This document shows, in pieces, positions 56,454 through 64,000 of a stretch of DNA of 64,000 bases. Position 1 is the stretch's first letter, and every line of letters begins with the position of its first letter. The notes under the pieces are model-generated. The model was not told the origin of the DNA. It saw only the letters and a program-made list of their open reading frames with translations, and searched no databases. The stretch is taken from the NCBI RefSeq assembly GCF_053078305.1, contig NZ_CP166879.1. The stretch is one strand, 5' to 3'. Made by a program: the position numbers and the translations under genes.

Positions 56454-57230
56454 ATGCAATGCAGCCCCGCCATGCAGGCATTAATTGAGCAGATTTATCA
56501 TATTTTTCGTCGTTATCCGGTGCCGTCGAGATTTCATGTTTGTTGTCCTTACTGCTTTAGCGAAGAACAACAACAAGCCTTAAGAGGGGTTTCACTGCGT
56601 GCCATACCTTTCCCTTTATTACATGCCTGGGGAACAAGTATTGGTCCTACCCCGCAAAATGATGATGAGATTCGCTATTTATTACCCAGATTGTTTGAAT
56701 TTATTTCCCAAAGGCAATTTCCAGGCATTTATGAAGGCTGCTGTTTACAGAGAATAGCAGAGGCAGATAACCAGAACTGGCGAACGGACGAACTACAAAT
56801 AATTAGCGATTTCGCCTATTTATATATGCAGGATTGGGTGTCGGCTAAGGAGGTCGTAGAACTGGAAATAATATTAGAAATGTTTTATCGCGGTGGTATA
56901 AAGATTGAACCCTTACTTGACGCCATTATGTCCATTTCCGGTTACTGGCCGACGGCGTCTATGGCATGTTTGCTCTGGCGTAACAGTAAAGAATACGTCG
57001 AAAATAGCGATTTTGAGCAGAGTGATGATAATAAAACTATTACCACTCAAATTAATACCTGGGCTAGAAATAATCATCCTTTTCTGAAAGAAAGAGCGCG
57101 ACAAGCGATTGAGAACCCACTAAAACAGCCTGAACCAATGACAGAATATCAAGTCTGGGAAGACGACTGGATGATTGATGAGTGTTTATGCGCGATGTAT
57201 GACGCATCACCCGAACAATCAGGACAATAA
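56454..57230 (+). CDS. Hypothetical Cys-rich soluble protein
   Basis: 258-aa ORF with a HVCCPYC cluster near the N-terminus and no recognised motifs; AT-rich codon usage. Confidence 0.5.
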   Translation: MQCSPAMQALIEQIYHIFRRYPVPSRFHVCCPYCFSEEQQQALRGVSLRAIPFPLLHAWGTSIGPTPQNDDEIRYLLPRLFEFISQRQFPGIYEGCCLQRIAEADNQNWRTDELQIISDFAYLYMQDWVSAKEVVELEIILEMFYRGGIKIEPLLDAIMSISGYWPTASMACLLWRNSKEYVENSDFEQSDDNKTITTQINTWARNNHPFLKERARQAIENPLKQPEPMTEYQVWEDDWMIDECLCAMYDASPEQSGQ

Positions 57231-57232
57231 AG

Positions 57233-57823
57233 ATGAATAAAATCAGACTTTATATTTATCCGCTATATCTCGGCTTTGTTATTGTGCCGTTGTTGGTGTG
57301 GCCGACGGTGGTTGTTGTTGGTATCACACTGAGTTTTCTAATGGAGATGCTGTTCTCAAATTCGTTCATGCACAGGCGTATTTCCCTTCTGGAATTACAA
57401 CTTGGGTTATTGGCTGAATATACGCTTTTGTTCTGCGCCATATGTTGCGTTGGTTGGCAATTTGCTCGCATAACTCAATCTGAATTGAAAAGCAAACTGC
57501 ATTATTGGCTGGTATTTGTACCAGTTTATTTCTGGTTGCTCCTGTGGAATATCATTTTCTATGTCGCGCCAGCGAAAATTGCATTGCTGGAAAATATGCG
57601 CAGTTTCTTTCTGACCGTTGTCTGGCTCCCACTGAATTTTTCGCCATTTTGGTCTCAACCGTGGATTGACTTTGTCGGTCCAATAAGCGCACAGCTTGGT
57701 TTTGCGTTGGGATATTATTGCCAGTGGCGTAGCAAAAATAGAAGCCAGAGGAAGAAGTGGGGCGAGTGGGTAATGTGCTTAAGTTTTGTTACGTTGGGTA
57801 TGATGGCGTGGGCTTTGCGGTAA
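57233..57823 (+). CDS. Hypothetical polytopic membrane protein
   Basis: 196-aa ORF with 4-5 predicted TM helices. Its start is 3 bp after the stop of the upstream ORF. Confidence 0.5.
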   Translation: MNKIRLYIYPLYLGFVIVPLLVWPTVVVVGITLSFLMEMLFSNSFMHRRISLLELQLGLLAEYTLLFCAICCVGWQFARITQSELKSKLHYWLVFVPVYFWLLLWNIIFYVAPAKIALLENMRSFFLTVVWLPLNFSPFWSQPWIDFVGPISAQLGFALGYYCQWRSKNRSQRKKWGEWVMCLSFVTLGMMAWALR

Positions 57824-57857
57824 TTCCCTGAATCAAAAAGTAGGTCAGATTGTTGAC

Positions 57858-57995
57858 AACGTGGCGCTTTGTTCATGCCTGATGCGGCGTGAACGCCTTA
57901 TCAGGCCTACAAAATCATGCAAATTCAACATATTGCATAAACCACGTAGGCCTGATAAGCGTAGCGCATCAGGCAATTTTGTGTTTGTCATCAGT
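57858..57995. repeat. REP/BIME palindromic units between the accessory module and glpD
   Basis: GCCTGATGCGGCGTGAACGCCTTATCAGGCCTACA and inverted TAGGCCTGATAAGCGTAGCGCATCAGGCA. Confidence 0.85.
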
Positions 57996-58037
57996 CTCAG
58001 GCCAGATTGAAATCTGACCTGATCACCTTACGTTAAT

Positions 58038-59543
58038 TTACGACGCCAGCGACAACTTCTGCTGCGTATATTCCACCAGCCACTGACTCACACGAGATTG
58101 TTGATCCGCATTCAGCCACATGCCTTGTTTTGTGCGACGCCACAGGGCATCGTCGGCGCGGCGGACCCATTCGTGATCCACCAGATATTTCAGCTCCGCT
58201 TCGTAGAACTCATGACCGAAATCCTCCCCAAGGTCGCTTACCGCTCCCGCATTGCCGAGCAGCAGCTCGCTGTTGCTGCCATAAGTACGCGCGTAATGAC
58301 GTGCCAGCGATTCGGTCAGGAACGGATAACGACGGCGCAGACGAGCTGCGTAATCGTCGCGGTCGCCTTCAATGGCACCACCCGGCAGCACGCTCTCTTT
58401 CGTCCATGCCGGGCCAATGCCCTGATAATACGGCGTCAGTTTTTCCAGCGCATGTTCCGCCAGTTTGCGGTAGGTGGTCAACTTACCGCCGAATACCGAC
58501 AGCAGCGGTGCTTTGCCGTTTTCATCATGGATATCAAGGGTGTAATCACGGGTAATAGCCTGCGGCGAGTCGGACTCATCATCACACAGCGGACGCACAC
58601 CGGAGTAGGTCCAGACGATATCGTCACGGCTTAACTGCTTTTTAAAGTGCGTGTTATACACTTTCAGCAGGTAATTGATTTCACTCTCTTCAATCTTCAC
58701 TGCTTTCGGATCACCTTTGTATTCCACATCGGTGGTGCCGATGATGGAAAACTCGTCCATCCACGGGATCACGAACACAATGCGTTTATCTTCGTTTTGC
58801 AGAATGTAGGCCTGCTTTTGGGTATGCACGCGCGGCACCACAATATGGCTACCTTTGATCAGGCGAATGCCATAAGGCGAAGGCAGATGCATCCCGTCGT
58901 CGAAGAACTGTTTCACCCACGGGCCGGTGGCGTTAACCAGGCCGCGCGCTTGCCAGCTATATTTTTTGCCGGTATCGATATCTTCCGCTTCCACAATCCA
59001 CAGGCCGTTTTCGCGACGAGCAGAAGTAGCACGAGTACGAGTAAGCACTTCGCCGCCTTTACGCACCACCATCTGGGCGTTGGCGAGTACCAGACGGGCG
59101 TCGTCTACCCAACAGTCAGAATATTCGAATCCGCGCTTAATTTCCGGTTTTAACACTGAGTTTGCGCCAAAACGCAAACCAGTTGATCCCGGCAGGCTGG
59201 TGCGTTTACCCAGATGATCGTACATAAACAGACCAATGCGAATCATCCACGCCGGGCGCAGATGCGGACGATGTGGCAGGCGAAAACGCATCGGGAAGGC
59301 GATATGCGGGGCCATTTTCAGCAGCACTTCACGTTCAGCCAGCGCCTCGCTGACCAGGCGGAATTCATAGTGCTCAAGGTAGCGCAGGCCACCGTGGATG
59401 AGTTTTGAACTGGCGGAAGAGGTCGCGCAAGCGAGATCCTGCGCCTCCAGCATCAGCACGGATAAACCGCGTCCAGCGGCGTCTGCCGCGATACCAGCAC
59501 CATTGATGCCGCCACCTATCACAATCAGATCTTTGGTTTCCAT
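58038..59543 (-). CDS. glpD: Aerobic glycerol-3-phosphate dehydrogenase
   Basis: Trimmed to METKDLIVIGGGINGAGIAADAAGRG giving 501 aa; FAD-binding GxGxxG. Confidence 0.96.
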   Translation of the reverse strand: METKDLIVIGGGINGAGIAADAAGRGLSVLMLEAQDLACATSSASSKLIHGGLRYLEHYEFRLVSEALAEREVLLKMAPHIAFPMRFRLPHRPHLRPAWMIRIGLFMYDHLGKRTSLPGSTGLRFGANSVLKPEIKRGFEYSDCWVDDARLVLANAQMVVRKGGEVLTRTRATSARRENGLWIVEAEDIDTGKKYSWQARGLVNATGPWVKQFFDDGMHLPSPYGIRLIKGSHIVVPRVHTQKQAYILQNEDKRIVFVIPWMDEFSIIGTTDVEYKGDPKAVKIEESEINYLLKVYNTHFKKQLSRDDIVWTYSGVRPLCDDESDSPQAITRDYTLDIHDENGKAPLLSVFGGKLTTYRKLAEHALEKLTPYYQGIGPAWTKESVLPGGAIEGDRDDYAARLRRRYPFLTESLARHYARTYGSNSELLLGNAGAVSDLGEDFGHEFYEAELKYLVDHEWVRRADDALWRRTKQGMWLNADQQSRVSQWLVEYTQQKLSLAS

Positions 59544-59654
59544 GCTGCCCTCATTCACTTTCGTTAAAGCTCATAAATGTTCGTTATCGAACATATTAGC
59601 AAAGAATCGCGCTTTAGGTAACATTGAAAAAACATTTTAGAGTGATATGTATAA

Positions 59655-60059
<405 letters not shown>

Positions 60060-60091
60060 CGCTTTATACTGTCCCCTTTTGTGTGGAATAA

Positions 60092-60934
<843 letters not shown>

Positions 60935-60950
60935 TTCCAGGGATTTAGAA

Positions 60951-61709
60951 ATGAAACAAACACAACGTCACAACGGTATTATCGAACTGGTTAAACAGCA
61001 GGGTTATGTCAGTACCGAGGAGCTGGTGGAGCACTTCTCCGTCAGCCCGCAGACTATTCGCCGCGACCTCAACGAACTGGCAGAGCAAAACCTGATCCTG
61101 CGCCATCATGGCGGTGCGGCGCTGCCTTCCAGTTCGGTTAACACGCCGTGGCACGATCGTAAAGCCACCCAGACCGAAGAAAAAGAGAGGATTGCCCGTA
61201 AAGTGGCGGAGCAAATCCCCAACGGCTCGACGCTGTTTATCGATATCGGCACCACGCCGGAAGCGGTGGCGCACGCGCTGCTCAATCACAGCAATTTGCG
61301 CATTGTCACCAACAATCTCAATGTTGCTAACACGTTGATGGTAAAAGAAGATTTCCGCATTATTCTCGCCGGTGGCGAATTACGCAGCCGCGATGGCGGG
61401 ATCATTGGCGAAGCGACGCTCGATTTTATCTCCCAGTTCCGCCTTGATTTCGGCATTCTGGGGATAAGCGGCATCGATAGCGACGGCTCGCTGCTGGAGT
61501 TCGATTACCACGAAGTTCGCACCAAACGCGCCATTATTGAGAACTCGCGCCACGTTATGCTGGTTGTCGATCACTCCAAATTTGGCCGTAACGCGATGGT
61601 CAATATGGGCAGCATCAGCATGGTAGATGCCGTCTACACCGACGCCCCGCCGCCAGTAAGCGTGATGCAGGTGCTGACGGACCACCATATTCAACTGGAG
61701 CTGTGCTGA
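60951..61709 (+). CDS. glpR: DeoR-family glycerol-3-phosphate regulon repressor
   Basis: Trimmed to MKQTQRHNGIIELVKQQGYVSTEELVEHF giving 252 aa; N-terminal HTH. Confidence 0.93.
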   Translation: MKQTQRHNGIIELVKQQGYVSTEELVEHFSVSPQTIRRDLNELAEQNLILRHHGGAALPSSSVNTPWHDRKATQTEEKERIARKVAEQIPNGSTLFIDIGTTPEAVAHALLNHSNLRIVTNNLNVANTLMVKEDFRIILAGGELRSRDGGIIGEATLDFISQFRLDFGILGISGIDSDGSLLEFDYHEVRTKRAIIENSRHVMLVVDHSKFGRNAMVNMGSISMVDAVYTDAPPPVSVMQVLTDHHIQLELC

Positions 61710-63289
61710 TCCTGCAATGCTTCCCACGTCAGACCAAAACGCGCCAGGTATTTGCGTAGCCGATCCGCGTCATTGACGCTGGCTTTGCCCTGGCGCGAAA
61801 CGTCAAAAAGCTGGCGTCCGGCTGCGGAAAGCGACTTTGCCTGGCGGCAGATTGCGATAACGTGTTCCAGTTGCATACGGTCGAAGAGATCGATGTTTTC
61901 TGCCTCTGCGCCCAGTAGCTGCGTAAGCGCGGAGGGGCGGCTCTCCTGCCAGTTATAGCGCAGACGGTTTATCTCATCTTCAACCACGTCCAGAGTGATG
62001 CGTCCGCTAGTGGCAAAGGTAGCCATCCGCGTGACGCTGGCAGAAAGCTCGCGAAAGTTACCGCGCCATGTTGCCTGGGGAGATGTCGCAAAGGCCAGCC
62101 AGGCGCGCCGCGCTTCGGTGTTAAAACGCACGCTGTCGCCGGTGAGTGAAGCGTGGCGCTCCACTTCATAATCCAGGTTAGGTTCAATATCTTCCTGACG
62201 CTGGCGTAGCCCCGGCAGGGTGAAGGTCCAGAGATTGATCCGCGCGTATAGATCTTCGCGGAATTTGCCATCGGCAACCAGCTGGCGCAAATCACGCACC
62301 GTTCCGGCGATAAGCTGAAAATCACTGCTCACCTGGCGATCGCTGCCAAACGGATAAAAGGTTTTTTCTTCAATGGCTTTCAGCAGCATTGCCTGTTCGT
62401 CTGCGCCCAGTTCGCCAATCTCATCAAGAAACAACATTCCGCCGTTGGCGCTGCGTAATAATCCTTCACGAGATTCCCGCGCCCCGGTAAACGCGCCTTT
62501 CACATGACCAAACAGCGTCGACATGGCGGTATCGCCGCGCAGGGTTGCGCAGTTCACTTCCACAAACGCGCCGCTAAACTGATGCCGCGCCTGTTTTAAT
62601 TCAAATATACGTCGCGCCAGAAATGACTTGCCCGCACCGGTTGGGCCGTTTAGCAGGATCGGTGCGCGGGATTTAATCGCCACTTTTTCAATCTGCTCAA
62701 TCATGCGGTTGAAGTGGGGGTTACGCGTGGCAATACCGGACTTAAGAAAATCAAGCGTTTGCTGGCGTTCCTCGGCAAAGCGGCTGGCGATGGCGTTATA
62801 ACGGCTTAAATCGAGATCGATAATCGTCACTTCACCTGCGCCGCGCGGCTGTTCTTTTTTGCGCGGAGGTGAAGATTGTATCAACCGGGCGGGCAGGTAA
62901 CGCGCTTCAGCCAGCAGAAACCAGCAAATCTGCGCGACGTGGGTGCCGGTGGTGATGTGAATTAAATAGTCTTCTTTTTCTGGCTGAAACTCGTAACCAC
63001 GGGCGAAATCATGCAGGCAGGCGTAAACCTCTTCGAAATCCCACGGGTTATGCAGCTCAATCTCAACGCTCACCACTTCTGTTTCTGGCGAAACGCTGAC
63101 GATATCGCGTTTAAGCGTTTCAAACAGCGAGCGCGAGCGGGCGTCGTGCAATAATTCCAGTCGATCGATGACTAACGATTCTTGCTGGCATATACAGAGT
63201 GACGGACGCCATTTCGACCAGCGCTGACTGCCGCGTCCGGCATAATCCAGTACGGTGCCGACAAAGCCAAAAGCCACTGTTTTACGCAT
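61691..63289 (-). CDS. rtcR: Sigma-54-dependent transcriptional activator RtcR
   Basis: Trimmed to [11 protein letters not shown] giving 532 aa. AAA+ sigma-54 activator motifs ([14 protein letters not shown]). The 3' end overlaps glpR convergently. Confidence 0.92.
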   Translation of the reverse strand: MRKTVAFGFVGTVLDYAGRGSQRWSKWRPSLCICQQESLVIDRLELLHDARSRSLFETLKRDIVSVSPETEVVSVEIELHNPWDFEEVYACLHDFARGYEFQPEKEDYLIHITTGTHVAQICWFLLAEARYLPARLIQSSPPRKKEQPRGAGEVTIIDLDLSRYNAIASRFAEERQQTLDFLKSGIATRNPHFNRMIEQIEKVAIKSRAPILLNGPTGAGKSFLARRIFELKQARHQFSGAFVEVNCATLRGDTAMSTLFGHVKGAFTGARESREGLLRSANGGMLFLDEIGELGADEQAMLLKAIEEKTFYPFGSDRQVSSDFQLIAGTVRDLRQLVADGKFREDLYARINLWTFTLPGLRQRQEDIEPNLDYEVERHASLTGDSVRFNTEARRAWLAFATSPQATWRGNFRELSASVTRMATFATSGRITLDVVEDEINRLRYNWQESRPSALTQLLGAEAENIDLFDRMQLEHVIAICRQAKSLSAAGRQLFDVSRQGKASVNDADRLRKYLARFGLTWEALQDQHSSS

Positions 63290-63423
63290 CTTAGATATCC
63301 TTATAAAAGACGATATTTCATTATCGGTAAATCGGCTTTGCGGGAAATCTCCGGTTACGGACGTAAAGATATAATCTTTTTTAAAACAATGAATTAAAAA
63401 ATTAATCTGCTTATTTAATTTTC

Positions 63424-63439
63424 TGGCACGACGGTTGCA
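63424..63439 (+). promoter_or_regulatory. Sigma-54 promoter for rtcBA
   Basis: TGGCACGACGGTTGCA matches the -24/-12 consensus (TGGCAC, 5 nt, TTGCA) and lies about 37 bp upstream of the rtcB ATG. Confidence 0.85.
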
Positions 63440-63475
63440 ATTATCAGGACATACCAACGAAAAGAGAAAAACAAA

Positions 63476-64000
63476 ATGAATTACGAATTACTGACCACTG
63501 AAAATGCCTCGGTAAAAATGTGGACCAAAGGCGTGCCGGTAGAAGCCGATGCGCGTCAGCAACTTATTAATACGGCGAAGATGCCGTTTATTTTCAAACA
63601 TATTGCGGTAATGCCTGATGTACACCTGGGTAAAGGTTCCACCATTGGTAGCGTGATCCCGACCAAAGGGGCGATTATTCCGGCGGCGGTGGGCGTGGAT
63701 ATTGGCTGTGGAATGAACGCACTACGTACCGCTTTAACGGCGGCTGACCTGCCGGAAAACCTGGCGGAGCTGCGTCAGGCGATTGAAACTGCGGTGCCGC
63801 ACGGGCGTACCACTGGCCGTTGTAAACGTGATAAAGGCGCATGGGAAAACCCGCCTGTTAACGTCGATGCGAAATGGGCTGAGCTGGAGGCCGGTTATCA
63901 GTGGTTAACGCAAAAATATCCGCGTTTCCTTAACACTAACAACTATAAACACCTGGGAACGCTGGGAACGGGTAACCACTTTATTGAAATCTGCCTTGAT
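63476..64000 (+). CDS. rtcB: RNA-splicing ligase RtcB (partial, continues beyond window end)
   Basis: MNYELLTTENASVKMWTKGVPVEADARQQL... open to the window end; divergent from rtcR. Confidence 0.93.
   Translation, partial: MNYELLTTENASVKMWTKGVPVEADARQQLINTAKMPFIFKHIAVMPDVHLGKGSTIGSVIPTKGAIIPAAVGVDIGCGMNALRTALTAADLPENLAELRQAIETAVPHGRTTGRCKRDKGAWENPPVNVDAKWAELEAGYQWLTQKYPRFLNTNNYKHLGTLGTGNHFIEICLD

Overview
This window reads as an Escherichia coli-type chromosomal segment, in the opposite orientation to K-12 MG1655 numbering. It runs from the edge of a fatty-acid/polyketide-like accessory cluster through yhhT, yhhS, dcrB, yhhQ, tusA, zntA, yhhNML, rsmD, ftsYEX, rpoH, livJ, panZ, livKHMGF, ugpBAECQ, yhhA, ggt, yrhB, yhhZ, yhhY, ryhB, yhhXW, gntRKU, yhgN, asd, glgBXCAP, glpD, glpEGR and rtcR to the start of rtcB. 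Gene identities come from reading the supplied translations and recognising the protein families and the conserved gene order; no database search was run, and all comparisons to K-12 are from memory. Where the ORF track extended upstream of the likely start, I trimmed the start to the Met (or TTG for gntK) that matches the expected protein length. Against that conserved backbone, five loci look accessory relative to K-12: (1) a translationally coupled pair between gntU and yhgN encoding a RecQ-like helicase fused to a phosphoribosyltransferase-like domain plus a DprA/Smf-like protein (39844-43142), the best candidate for a defence or conflict system; (2) three genes between glgP and glpD, including a membrane-anchored PstS-like binding protein (54834-57823); (3) a single gene between livF and ugpB encoding a membrane-anchored helical-repeat protein (22766-23512); (4) an intact Hcp-HNH nuclease toxin with a coupled downstream candidate immunity gene and no IS1 (31891-33560); (5) a methyltransferase and a ketosynthase-like gene at the window start (1-1613). 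I saw no CRISPR array, tRNA, rRNA, integrase or transposase.
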